From positions 372,001-436,000 of the forward strand of contig NIVC01000293.1 of assembly GCA_002269645.1 (NCBI GenBank): 64,000 nt of DNA, given 5' to 3'. The translations under genes were made by a program, and so were the position numbers. A model generated the notes under the pieces. That model searched no databases, was not told where the DNA came from, and saw only the letters and a list, made by a program, of their open reading frames with translations. The number at the start of each line of letters is the position of its first letter. Position 1 is the stretch's first letter. This document shows positions 48,632 to 61,712 of the stretch, piece by piece. Source of the stretch: Macrostomum lignano (taxonomy: Eukaryota).

Positions 48632-51600
48632 GCTAACTAACTAACTGAGCAGCCAAAGTCACTCACCAACTGGCCTATCGCCGCCTTCTACTCCATTACA
48701 ATTGACGCAGAACTGCAGAGCAGCCGGCAGCGGCCCGGTCAAACCCCGTTTGATCTCTTCCGCCGCTAATCGACGCAGCTCCAGGTGCGACTGGTCGCTG
48801 AAGAATGCGGAACCTGGCGTGACCATGATGTTGAGCTGCGGCTGCTGCGGCTGTGGCGCAGGGCTGCCCTCCAGATCGGATGTAGCGGAGTCTGAGCATA
48901 GGGTTTTGAATAATTTTAGCTTTTAGGGAAAGTAGCTGGCTAGGTTTACAGAAATTAATCAGGAGTTTTGGAGGGGGTGGGGTCTGGACAGAAAAAAAAG
49001 AATTTTACTCACATCCATTCAGCCCGAGCTCTGCCAGCATGCCCCCGCTGCCGTCCGGGGTGTCCAGTCCAAGCCCGCGGATTGTGCCGTCCTTGAGCGC
49101 TTCAGCAACTGCTAACTCGTCCATTAGAGAGACGGAGCAGGTGTTGATCAGGTAAAAACCTGAAAGGAATTTAAGCAGAGATTACTCAGAGATCACTCAG
49201 GGATCACTCAGAGATCACCCAGAGATCACTCAGAGATCACTCAGAGATCACTCAGAGATCACTCGGAGATCACTCAGAGATCACTCAGAGATCACTCGGA
49301 GATCACTCAGAGATCACTCAGAGATCACTCAGAGATCACTTAGAGATCACTCAGCGTTAACTCAGAGATCACTCAGAGATCACACTGAAATGATTAAGAT
49401 GTCAATGAAGTCAGAGAGAAGTCTAAAAGGTCAGGTGACCCCCCTCCCTCCCGACTCACCTGTCTTCTTGGCGCACTCCCGAATCAGGCGCCGGCTCAGC
49501 AGACCGCGGTTGGCTGCGGTGGGCGGGCAGTGAAGGCTGAGGCAGTCTGCCGCGGCCAGCAGGCCCTCCAAACTGTCGGCGCGGCTGACGCCGAGGCCGC
49601 GGTCAGCGCCATCGGGTAGGTTGGGATCGAATGCCACCACTTCGAAGCCGAAGGCCTTGGCGCGAAGAGCAACGGCAGTGCCAACACGTCCTGTCGATAT
49701 TCGGGACGGTTGCTGGCTCACTCATGTGCTCATGACCTCATGAAATCACTCATTACCTCACCCATCATGTACTCAATAATAAACTCACTCATGAACTCAG
49801 TCAACACCTCACTCATGAACTCACTCAACACCTCACTCATGACCTCACTCATGAACTCACTCATGAACTCAGTCATAAACTCACTCATGAACTCAGTCAA
49901 CACCCCACTCATAAACTCAGTCATGAACTCACCCAACACCTCACTCATGAACTCACTCATGAACTCACTCATGAACTCACTCATGAACTCACTCATGAAC
50001 TCACTCATGAACTCACTCATGAACTCACTCATGAACTCACTCATGAACTCACTCATGAACTCACTCATGAACTCACTCATGAACTCACTCATGAACTCAC
50101 TCATGAACTCACTCATGAACTCACTCATGAACTCACTCATGAACTCACTCATGAACTCACTCATGAACTCACTCATGAACTCACTCATGAACTCACTCAT
50201 GAACTCACTCATGAACTCACTCATGAACTCAGTCAACACCTCACTCATAAACTCACTCAACACCTCGCGCAACAATCATGCCTCCAATTTGAATGCCATT
50301 GAATTGCGAATTCAAAACATTAAATTTTCAAACAAGCTCATTTTAACAACTGCCTTAGAGACACCGTCTTTATTCAATAAGCCGCTTGTAAAATGCAATT
50401 TCTTTAATAAAAATATTCGACTACGATTCAGATAAATGAGATTATTTACCACGAGGTCAGATCTGATGGGTTTGTTAGCCAGCAATAATCCTTGAGGATC
50501 AGTTTACTGATCTGATGAAATGAAATCCCTTTTTTCCAGCATTAAAGGGGATTGGAGCCATCAAACTGTGATTTGACAAAATCTAAATTTCTAACAAGAG
50601 GCTTAGAAGCCTTTGTAATTCAGTGTTTTTGAGTGAGGTTATCCGGGTTCGGTTCAATGATTCTGAATTGATTTTGATAGCCAAGTTGAAGCCTTTTCGA
50701 GGGATTGAGAAGAGATAGAGTGTGGATAGAGAGGGGATAGAGGGGATAGAGAGGGGATAGAGAAGGGATAGAGAGGATAGAGAGGGGATAGAGAGGAGAT
50801 AGATAGTGGATAGAGAGGAGATAGAGAGGGGATAGAGAGGGGATAGAGAGGGGATAGAGAGGAGATAGATAGCGGATAGAGAGGGGATAGAGAGGAGATA
50901 AAGAGGAGATAGAGAGGAGATAGAAGCGGATAGAGAGGGGATAGAGAAGGGATAGAGAGGATAGAGAGGGGATAGAGAGGAGATAGATAGCGGATAGAGA
51001 GGGGATAGAGAGGAGATAAAGAGGAGATAGAGAGTGGATAGAGAGGGGATAGAGAGGAGAGCATGGAGTGGAAATGGGTTGAATACAGGGAGGCAGAGCT
51101 GCAGTGAACACAGAACTAAAATTAGATCAAAGGATTTTGCGTAAGGCCACCATGCACGCACACAGTAAAAAGCAGGAAATAATTAATTGTTTCGAAAAAA
51201 CGCCCAGACCAGGATGGTGATTCCGTCTTTTGAGTCGGTGGTCTTGCATCCTTTCAAACCTGCGTCCTCTGGATGAGCCCTCGGACTGGCTCATGCAATT
51301 AGCAACACGAAATTGGCAATCTTGGACTCATGCGAGCGCGTGAGACCACGAAATGATTCGAGCTGTGATTTGGCCAATAGAAATTTGGTCCATGCATGCA
51401 GCTGGTTCTGCCTGGGGCCAGACAGACAGATAGATAAATATAGAAATTGGGCTATGTTATCAGACGCTGGCTGGTTGCTCCTAGTCTAACCTAATTAATT
51501 CTGCTTCCGATGTATACCAAGTTCGTGTCGAGAGGATCCTGTTTATAAGCTCTATGCAAGCATTTCCAGTCTCAGTGGTTGAAACTCATCAATCATTTTG

Positions 51601-54600
51601 GTTTTACTTGAATTCACCTTCAGAATGCCGCCAGTTTTTCGAGTTGGCGTGGGTGTAAAATGTTGGTTGTGTAGTCGGGTGAGCAGGTGTTGACTAGAGA
51701 CTGCAGGGAGATTGAAGGGAGATTGAAAGGAAGTTGAAGGGAGTTTGAGGCGAGACTGAAAGGAGATTGAAGGGAGATTGAAGGGAGATTGAAGGGAAGT
51801 TGAAGGGAGTTTGAGGCGAGAATGAAAGGAGATTGAAGGGAGATTGAAGGGAGATTGAAGGGAAGTTGAAGGGAGTTTGAGGCGAGAATGAAAGGAGCTT
51901 GAAGGGAGATTGAAGGGAGATTGAAGGGAAATTGAAGGAAGATCGAAGGGAGATTGAAGTGAGATTGAAGGGAGATTGAAAGGAGATTGAAGGGAGATTG
52001 AAGGGAGTTTAAATATTCATACGACACAGCAAAATATAACTAAAAATGATTTTAAAGAGCATTAAAACAAAATTAATTTCCTGCCATCCCGGCAGCAGAT
52101 CACCGAGCTCACCAAAGCCGACAATGCCCAGAGTCTGACCTCGGATTCGAGTGGCTCCCTGGGCCAGCTCGGCCAGTCTGTCGATGCTGATTGGCCAGCC
52201 AGATTCGGAGCCAAGCTCGGCCACGGCACTGGCGGCGATTCGAGCCGTTCTTCGGTAGAGGTTGAGCACCAGGCTGATGGTGGAGTCTGCGGTCTCTTCT
52301 ACGCAGGCCCCGGAAATGCTGGACACCCAAATTCCTGCGGGATGAAACGCGAGCGTTGGATGTTTTACATGCTGACCTGTTAGCTTTACAAATTCACGGG
52401 TTCACGGGTTCACTGGTTCACGGGTTCACTGTTTCACGGGTTCACTGGTTCATGGGTTCACTGGTTCACGGGTTCACTGATTCACGGGTTCACTGGTTCA
52501 CGGGTTAACTGGTTCACAGTTTCACAGATTCACAGATTCACAGGTTCATAAGTTCACGAATTCACTTGTTTACAAATTTACAGATTCACAGGATCACAGG
52601 TTCACAGGTTCATAGGTTCACGGCTTCACAGGTTCACCGGTTCACAGATTCACAGATTCACAGGTTCCCGAATTTACACGTTCACATGTTCACAGGTTCA
52701 CAGATTAGCAGATTCACGGGTTAACAGATTCACAGATTCACAGATTTACAGATTCACAAGTTCACAGATTCACAGATTCACAAGTTCACAGATTCACAGA
52801 TTCACAGATTCACAGATTCACAGATTCACAGATTCACCGGTTCATAAGTTCACGAATTCACATGTTCACAGGTTAGCAGATTCACGGGTTCACCGATTCA
52901 TGTGGGTTCACAGTTTTACGGATTCACAGATTCAATGATTTACAGATTCACAGGTTCGCAGATTCACAGGCTCATAAGTTCAGAGATTCACAGGTTCATT
53001 AAGTTCAGAGATTCACAGGCCCACAGATTAACATGTTCAATGATTCACAAATTTACAGATTCACAGATTTACGAGTTTGCAGATTCACAGGTTCCCATGC
53101 AGGTTCATAGTTCGGCTGACGACTTAATATATGCCCAGTTGCATGGATTCATGTGTTCACAAATTCACATCTTTGCATATTCACCAATTCATAGATTTCC
53201 ATATTATAGCAGAAATCAGAATGTGTGTCGAATCCGCAGAATTTCTTACAAAGAAATTTTCCGGCTTTGAATAACGAAAGCCAGAATTGGTCGACAATAA
53301 AATGGGACAATTTCATGCCAGAATTTTAAGATTTAAACAAAAAATGACAATGGTGCCCATTCAAATCTGGTGAAAATCTGTAAAGCACCGGTCCAGATAA
53401 TTTAATTTAATCTTCATTCATTACCCAGGGTGGGGCAGCCGGTAGGGGCTTTTGGCTATAGTTTCTGAGAAAATCTGCGGGTGCCAGCATGGAGATTGCA
53501 AGAGGAGCCAGGGAGGCCCAGAGACAGCCTGGAGTGGCACCTGGGAGTAGGAATGGCGCCTCACTTTATGGGGATGGCGCCTCACTTTATGGGGATGGCG
53601 CCTCACTTTATGGGGATGGCGCCTCACTTTATGGGGATAGCGCCTCACTTTATGGGGGTGGCGCCTCATTTTATGGGGTAGGCGCCTTACTTTATAAGGG
53701 TGGCGCCTCACTTTACGAGAGCGGCGCCTCATTTTAATGGAGTGGCGCCTCACTTTACGAGAGAGGTGCCTCATTTTACGAGAGAGGTGCCTCATTTTCA
53801 GAGGCTGCGCCTCATTTTCCGGGGTGGCGCCTCATTTTCCGGGGGTGGCGCCTCATTTTATGGGGGTGGCGCCTCATTTTATGGGGGTGGCGCCTCATTT
53901 TCCGAGGGTGGCGCCTCATTCTATGGGGGTGGCGCCTCATTTTATGGGGGTGACGCCTCATTTGATACAATTTTATGCCAAAATTTGAAAGGCTGCAATG
54001 CCAGCCTACAGGGGGTAGGGACATTGTCCGGGATTAGGGCCAGAATTGGCTCTCCAGATACTGGCTTTCAAACCCCTTGGCGAAGATTATGACTCGGCCA
54101 TTTAAGAGATTGCGTACGGGCGAACTCCCCCCCCCGAAGCTAATTAGCAACCCCTATGGTCTTTCTCCTTCCGTCTCTTCTTTGTGAGAGACGGGGGTCC
54201 AGTCTGTTCATATTTTAATTTGCTTAAAAATCACTCCCTTCATCTCTCGTCTCCCATGTGTGGCTGCTGCCCGCTGGCTTTAGACTAAAAGACCGTCTTC
54301 AAATTGATGAGTTAGATACAAATTTTCTGTCACATTCAATGCTGATTATATTTGCTTTATTTTTATGATTTTTAATGTAACATTTAAATACATTTTAGCG
54401 CGGTTTAGGTACACGATGCATGGTCGAGATTGTGGGATTCGAAGATAACAGAATCTCTCAGCTCCACAGATCCCCAGATCCCTCAGATTTCCCAGATCCC
54501 CATATCCTCAGATCCCCATATCCTCAGATCCCCAGATCCCCAAATACCCAGATCCCCCAGATTTCCCAGATTTGCAGATCCCCGGATCCCTAGATCCCCA

Positions 54601-57600
54601 GATCCTCAGATTTCCCAGATTCCCAGATCCTCCGATCCCCAGATCCCGCAGATTTCCCAGATCCCCAGATCCCCAGATCCCCAGATCCCTCAGATTTCCC
54701 AGATTCGCAGATCCCCAGATCCCCAGATCTCCAGATCCCTCAGATTTCCCAGATTTGCAGATCCCCAGATCCCTAGATCCCCAGATCCTCAGATCCCCAG
54801 ATCCCCAGATCCTTCAGATTTCCCAGATTCCCAGAACCTCCGATCCCCCGATCGGGCAGATTTCCCAGATTCTTAGATCCCTAGATCCCCAGATCCCCAG
54901 ATCCCCAGATCCCCAGATCCCCAGATCCCCAGATCCCCAGATCCCCAGATCCCCAGATCCCCAGATCCTTCAGATTTCCCAGATCCCCAGATCCCCAGAT
55001 CCTCAGATTTCTCAGATTCCTAGATCCCCAGATCCCTCAGGTTTTTCAAATTCCCAGATCCCCAGATTCCTCAGATTTTTCAAATCCCTAGATTCCCAGT
55101 TCCCCTGATCCCTCAGATTTTTTAGATCCTCAGATCCCCAGATCCCTCAGGTTTTTCAAATCTCCAGATCCCCAGATCCCCAGATCCCCAGATCCCTAGA
55201 TCCCCAGATCCCCAGATCCCCAGATTTCCCAGATCTCCAGATTTTCCAGATCGCCACATCTCCATATCCCCACATCCCCCACATCCTCAGATCCTTAGAT
55301 CCCTTAAGTCTTCAGATTCCTCAGATCCCCACATTCTAATCCCAGCTCACCCAAGCGCCTGGCAGCAGGCAGGTCGATGTTGTCACAGCCGGGTCCCAGC
55401 TGCACCAGCAGCCGCAGCCGCTTGAACTGGGCCAGCTCGGACCTGCCGAGTCGAATCGTGGACCACATGATGGCCACTGTGGCTTCGTTCAGCACCTGAG
55501 AAGGAGTAGGGGGTGCAAGAGGTTTGAGAAGAGTGAACAGAGGTTGAGTAATGGTGAATAACTCACCGCATTTTGCAAACATTGAATTCCACAAATTGCC
55601 TCGCCTGATTTTACCGTTTATATTTAAACTAACTAATATACGTATAGAGAGAAAATAGAAGTTAAAGCTGTACCTCACCATTAGTTCATTATTTCATAAA
55701 TTCATAGATTCGCATATTAATTTATTCACATAAGATAATGTGTGAGTTCACCTTAAGAAATAAGGGAGAGGAGAGAAGAGAAGAGAGAAGAGAGAAGAGA
55801 GATGAGGGGGAAGAGAGAAGAGATGAGAGAGAAGAGAAAAACGAAAAGAGATAAGAGAGAAGAGAGAGGAGAGAAGAGAGAAGAGAAGAGAGATTGAGAG
55901 AAAAGAGATGAGAGAGAAGAGAGAGGAGAGAAAAACGAAAAGAGATGAGAGAGAGAAGAGATGAGAGAGAAGAGAGAAGAGAAGTGAGATGAGGGAGAAG
56001 AGAGAAGAGAAGAGAGATGAGAGAAAAACGAAAAGAGATGAGAGAGAGAAGAGAGAGGAGAGAAGAGAGAAGAGAAGAGAGATGAGGGAGAAGAGAGAAG
56101 AGAGAAAAGAAGAGAGATGAGAGAAAAGAGATGAGAGAGAAGAGGAAAAAGAAAAGAGATGAAAGAGAAGAGAGAGGAGAGAAGAGAGAAGAGAAGAGAG
56201 ATGAGGGAGAAGAGAGAATAGAGAAGAGATGAGAGAGAAGAGAGTAGAGAAAAGAGAGAAGAGATGGAGAGAAGAGAGAAGAGATGAGGGAGAAGAGAGA
56301 AGAGAGAAGAGATGAGTGAAAAGAGAGAAGAGAGAAGAGATGAGAGAGAAGATATCAGAGAGCTGAGAAGAGACACAAGCCACGATCAGTCCGCATTGCC
56401 ATCGTGAAGTTTCAAACGAAGTTCACGCGGGCCGGAGTTGCCGACCCCGTGACTGAAACACCAATGAAATTCTCTCCAAACCTTCTCGTGAACCTCGGCA
56501 ACGCTCAGGGCATCACAGAACGCCACCGTGGCCAGGTCTCTCAACACAGGCATTTCAATGCTGCAGTCCCTGCCGTCGAGAAGGGCCACCAGCGGCCGAG
56601 TTGGCTGCATCTGCTCCTGGTTGGAGAACGGCAATGCACCACTGCAGAGTCCGCTGCCAATGACCACCGGCACCAGAGTGCAGCTGGCGCCTGCGGATTC
56701 GAGTGATAATTTCTGTGTTTTATCATCGATTTAATACTAGCCCATTAGTTTATAAACTAATGCTGTCTGCCTAATTAGGCTAATATGATTGGATTTTTAT
56801 GGTAGTTTTATGGGTTTGAGGCCTAAATCTCTGGGTTTGAGGCTTTATTCTATGGGTTTAAAGCCTAATGCTATGGTTTTGACGCCTAATTCTATGTGTT
56901 TGACGCCTAATTCTATGTGTTTGACGCCTAATTCTATGAGTTTGAGGCCTAATTCTATGTGTTTGACGCCTAATTCTATGGGTTTGACGCCTAATTCTAT
57001 GGGTTTGACGCCTAGTTTTATGGGTTTAAAGCCTAATTCTATGGGTTTGACGCCTAATTCTATGGGTTTGACGCCTAATTCTATGGGTTTGACGCCTAAT
57101 TCTATGGGTTTGACGCCTAATTTTATGGGTTTGACGCCTAATTCTATGGGTTTGACGCCTAATTCTATGGGTTTGACGCCTAGTTCTATGGGTTTGACGC
57201 CTAATTCTATGGGTTTGAAGCCTAGTTCTATGGTTTTGACGCCAAATTTTATGGGTTTGACGCCTAATTCTATGGGTTTGACGCCTAATTCTATGGGTTT
57301 GACGCCTAGTTCTATGGGTTTGACGCCTAATTCTATGGGTTTGAAGCCTAGTTCTATGGTTTTGACGCCTAATTCTATGGGTTTGAAGCCTAATTCTATG
57401 GGTTTGACGCCTAATTTTTTATATTTTGCCTAATTTATACACTAAAATCTGTGAGGCTCCTTTCCAACTATACAAATAATTGCGACAATAATTTTCTATA
57501 CTGGCTGCTTATCTTTTGAATATTTTATTGGGGTCAATCTTGCTGTCATGCTCTTAAGTGCTTATAATCACAGTTACCCGCGTATAAATGATAATTAACG

Positions 57601-59876
57601 AATAAAATGTTTAAAAAAATTGCTCCGAGATACAGAGAGTTTAAACTTGGTACCTTCCATACAATAGAATATTATTAGTTATCATAATCATAATTGACTA
57701 CACCTAACCTAACAGCCAGCCCTGCAACCGACAGCTCAGCCGCAGCTATTGCGCGGCGCATCTGAAGGCTGCGTACGGCTGTTCAGTCCAACGACTGGGG
57801 GGGGGGTCGCCACACACCCTCAATTACCCCAGCTAATGCTGGCACCCATTTTACAGCTGGATGAAGCAAAAAAATTCAGAGTTAACTGTCTTGCTCAAGG
57901 GCGCAAATTGTTCCGGTGGGATCGAGAATCGAACCCCCGACCTTTCAGCCGTGAGTCCGACGCTCTGACCACTAGGCTACAACCCCATAGGCTACAACCC
58001 TCTAGGCTACAACCCCCATAGGCTACAACCCTCTAGGCTACAACCCCCTAGGCTACAACCCCATAGGCTACAACCCCATAGGCTACAACCCTCTAGGCTA
58101 CAACCCCTAGACTACAACCCCCTAGGCTACAACCCCCTAGGCTACAACCCTCTAGGCTACAACCCCCTAGGCTACAACCCCATAGGCTACAACCCCCTAG
58201 GCTACAACCCCCTAGGCTACAACCCTCTAGGCTACAACCCTCTAGGCTACAACCCCCTAGGCTACAACCCCATAGGCTACAACCCCATAGGCTACAACCC
58301 TCTAGGCTACAACCCCCTAGACTACAACCCCATAGGCTACAACCCCATAGGCTACAACCCCATAGGCTACAACCCTCTAGGCTACAACCCCATAGGCTAC
58401 AACCCCATAGGCTACAACCCCATAGGCTACAACCCTCTAGGCTACAACCCCTAGACTACAACCCCCTAGGCTACAACCCCCTAGGCTACAACCCTCGAGG
58501 CTACAACCCCCTAGGCTACAACCCCATAGGCTACAACCCCATAGGCTACAACCCTCTAGGCTACAACCCCCTAGGCTACAACCCCATAGGCTACAACCCT
58601 CTAGGCTACAACCCCTAGACTACAACCCCCTAGGCTACAACCCCCTAGACTACAACCCTCTAGGCTACAACCCCTAGACTGCAACCCCCTAGGCTACAAC
58701 CCCCTAGGCTACAACCGCCTGGACTACAACCCCTAGGCTACAACCTCTAGGCTACAACCCCATAGGCTACAACCCTCTAGGCTACAACCCCCTAGGCTAC
58801 AACCCCATAGGCTACAACCCTCTAGGCTACAACCCCTAGGCTACAACCCCTAGACTACAACCCCCTAGGCTACAACCCCCTAGGCTACAACCCTCGAGGC
58901 TACAACCCCCTAGGCTACAACCCCATAGGCTACAACCCCATAGGCTACAACCCTCTAGGCTACAACCCCCTAGGCTACAACCCCATAGGCTACAACCCTC
59001 TAGGCTACAACCCCTAGACTACAACCCCCTAGGCTACAACCCCCTAGACTACAACCCTCTAGGCTACAACCCCTAGACTGTAACCCCCTAGGCTACAACC
59101 CCCTAGGCTACAACCGCCTGGACTACAACCCCTAGGCTACAACCTCTAGGCTACAACCCCATAGGCTACAACCCTCTAGGCTACAACCCCCTAGGCTACA
59201 ACCCCATAGGCTACAACCCTCTAGGCTACAACCCCTAGGCTACAACCCCCTAGACTACAACCCCCTAGACTACAACCCCCTAGGCTACAACCCCCTAGAC
59301 TACAACCCTCTAGGCTACAACCCCTAGACTGCAACCCCCTAGGCTACAACCCCCTAGGCTACAACCGCCTGGACTACAACCCCTAGGCTACAACCTCTAG
59401 GCTACAACACCTAGGTGGCAATAGCACAGAAAAAATAAACACAATAGAAACTATACGATAGACCATCGGGCTACGAGATAAGGTTTTTTAAATGAAAAAT
59501 CAACTTGGCAATATTAATAGGCCTCACTATTCGGGTGAGAATAAGTTGCTGAGCTGAGCCAGGTCTGTGCAACTTCTGGAATCTGCTGAGGCTGCTGAGG
59601 CTGAGGCTCTTCGACAGAATTCAACGCTTGCGCATCCAAAGCCAGCTGAGAATTTTGCTGCAATTTCTTCTTTTTTGACTTCTTTATCTGTTGCTTTTGT
59701 TGTTGTTGCTTTTGTTGCTGTTGCTGCTGCAGCTGCTGAACCCGAGATCGCTTTGCCGCCGGCTGCTTGTCGCTAGGAAGGTCGATGCGAACTGGCTGGT
59801 CAACTGCGGGGTCCGCGACCGGGATGTCGCCTTCACGTTTCTCGCCATCGTGAAAATGGCCGCTGCACACGCGGAG
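46409..59876 (-). CDS. CtBP: THAP-domain C-terminal-binding protein (CtBP), 5'-incomplete
   Basis: Minus-strand exons 59876-59528, 56690-56482, 55495-55351, 52334-52113, 49690-49460, 49159-49013, 48891-48667, 48350-48048 and 46551-46409 join in phase via [21 protein letters not shown]...[28 protein letters not shown]. The first exon seen is [19 protein letters not shown] (THAP C-terminal half). Confidence 0.92.
46897..47838. mobile_element. hAT-type MITE carrying a 21-bp minisatellite
   Basis: TIR CAGTGGCGTAGC / GCTACGCCACTG. 8-bp TSD GATTTCTT (46889-46896, 47839-47846). Interior (AAAATGAGTGCCTGCGGCGCC)n at about 46970-47760. Confidence 0.92.
48372..48646 (+). repeat. (CTAA)n microsatellite in a CtBP intron
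   Basis: Direct reading. Confidence 0.97.
49185..49385 (+). repeat. 11-bp (ACTCAGAGATC)n in a CtBP intron
   Basis: Direct reading. Confidence 0.95.
49720..52010 (+). repeat. Three distinct arrays in one CtBP intron: (ATGAACTCACTC)n 49720-50270, (GATAGAGAGGR)n 50705-51060, (GGGAGATTGAA)n 51700-52010
   Basis: Direct reading. Confidence 0.95.
52395..55330 (+). repeat. Three arrays in one CtBP intron: (TTCACAGAT/TTCACGGGT-like)n 52395-53110, 21-bp GGCGCCTCATTTTATGGGGGT 53560-53960, (GATCCCCA)n 54465-55330
   Basis: Direct reading. Confidence 0.93.
55765..56370 (+). repeat. GA-rich low-complexity array in a CtBP intron
   Basis: gagaagagaagaga units. Confidence 0.95.
56790..57420 (+). repeat. 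21-bp minisatellite (TCTATGGGTTTGACGCCTAAT)n
   Basis: Direct reading. Confidence 0.95.
57725..57986 (-). mobile_element. tRNA-derived SINE (second near-complete copy)
   Basis: Reverse-complement homology to 41593-41860, including the A and B boxes. Confidence 0.9.
57973..59410 (+). repeat. 14-15-bp minisatellite (TAGGCTACAACCCC)n contiguous with the SINE 5' end
   Basis: The unit is the reverse complement of the first bases of the SINE head (GGGGTTGTAGCCTA). Confidence 0.95.
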
Positions 59877-59894
59877 CTGATGGGTGCGAATAGG

Positions 59895-60460
59895 GTATTT
59901 TCTATGATTAGAATGGGGGTATTTTCTATGATTAGAATGGGGTATTTTCTATGATTAGAATGGGGTATTTTCTATGATTAGAATGGGGGTATTTTCTACG
60001 ATTGGAATGGGGTATTTTCTATAATTGGAATGGGGTATTTTCTATGATTAGAATGGGGTATTTTCTATGATTAAGATAAGGTATTTTCTGTGATTAGAAT
60101 GGGGTATTTTCTATGATTAGAATGGGGGTATTTTCTACGATTGGAATGGGGTATTTTCTATAATTGGAATGGGGTATTTTCTATGATTAGAATGGGGTAT
60201 TTTCTATGATTAAGATAAGGTATTTTCTGTGATTAGAATGGGGTATTTTCTATGATTAAAATGGGGTATTTTCTATGATTAGAATGGGGTATTTCCTATG
60301 ATTTGAATGGGGGTATTTTTTATGATTAGAATGGGGTATTTTCTATAATTAAGATAAGGTATTTTCTGAAATTAGAATGGGGGTATTTTCTATGATTAGA
60401 ATGGGGTATTTTCTATGATTAGAATGGGGTATTTTCTGCGATTAAGATGGGGTATTTCCT
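59895..60460 (+). repeat. 22-23-bp minisatellite (ATTTTCTATGATTAGAATGGGGT)n
   Basis: Directly upstream, in transcript sense, of the THAP exon acceptor. Confidence 0.95.
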
Positions 60461-60788
60461 GTGATTAGGAAAGAAAAGAAACTGCAAAAGAAGAAAAACA
60501 CAGCGCACATGAACATTAAGCTGAATCCTGTTTTACTCAAGGCCTGTTTAACACACCATTTCTATAATCTCGAACGGCTACAAAAAATCTCGTACTCTGA
60601 AGTACAGCCGCTCCTGATGAAGCATCACCTGCTCCCCATCTTCATCTCTCTATCCTCTGCTTGCTGCCTTTTTCTCCTTTGGCCCCGTCTGCTTCTTTTG
60701 AGGTCCGCACAGGCTGGGTGAAGCAGCTCAGCTGCCTTTCGGATTTGGTGGGTTGTCGCCTGCGTGCGACTCAGCCATGAGGGCCAAC

Positions 60789-61712
60789 CAGGGGCGTCGC
60801 CATGGATTTTATGGTGGGGGGACAAAGCCACGAATTCTACATGTACATGACTAAATTCCTACATGTACATTCTTTTCAGAATCGGTGTTGTCAGCGCTCA
60901 GTTTAGCGCCGCAGGCACTCATTTTAGCGCCGCAGGCACTCATTTTAGCACCGCAGGCACTCATTTTAGCACCGCAGGCACTCATTTTAGCGCCGCAGGC
61001 ACTCATTTCATGGTTTTTTTAGAACGATCCATCGTTGCTAACTCCAAGATCTAGTTCGGGTGTACTTGGCTGGTCTCAAGATCCATATATTGGCTTTCAA
61101 CATGCGAGATAGATTTTTTGTAAGCCAGGAACACACGAATATAAGGCAGGTACGTGTTATGCTTGTGTTCTCAAAGCTCGAAAATGCACACAGAGGCTCC
61201 TCCCCGAGGCCAGGGAGTACTGGGTGAAACAGTATCTGGAGCGGTGGTCGTAGTTTCCCCTTTAATCAACAACTTTACAGCTGTAGCTTGCCTTTGTTGT
61301 AGGGTAATTTTATTGTACAGTTTGGCGCGCTCGTGCTGAGGAGTCAGAAAACCGAGCGCCTCAGGCACTCATTTTAGCTCACTTTGTAACCCGTAATGGA
61401 AATCAATAAATTTGCTTCAGGGTGACAAAATATAGTACCTGCGGCGCTAAAATGAGTGCCTGCGGTGCTAAAATGAGTGCCTGCGGCGCTAAAATGAGTG
61501 CCTGCGGTGCTAAAATGAGTGCCTGCGGCGCTAAAATGAGTGCCTGCGGTGCTAAAATGAGTGCCTGCGGCGCTAAAATGAGTGCCTGCGGCGCTAAAAT
61601 GAGTGCCTGCGGCGCTAAAATGAGTGCCTGCGGCGCTAAAATGAGTGCCTGCGGCGCTAAAATGAGCGCCTGCCCTGCGGCGCTAAAATGAGTGCCTGCC
61701 CTGCGGCGCTAA
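60789..61712. mobile_element. Probable hAT-MITE relative with oppositely oriented 21-bp arrays
   Basis: Starts CAGGGGCGTCGCC. Arrays at about 60890-61005 (GCAGGCACTCATTTTAGCGCC) and about 61435-61712 (opposite orientation), same unit as in 46897-47838. Right TIR and TSD not found. Confidence 0.55.

Noticed and set aside
48372-48646. Interstitial telomeric repeat
   Set aside because: The unit is TTAG, not TTAGGG or TTAGG; it is a plain intronic microsatellite.
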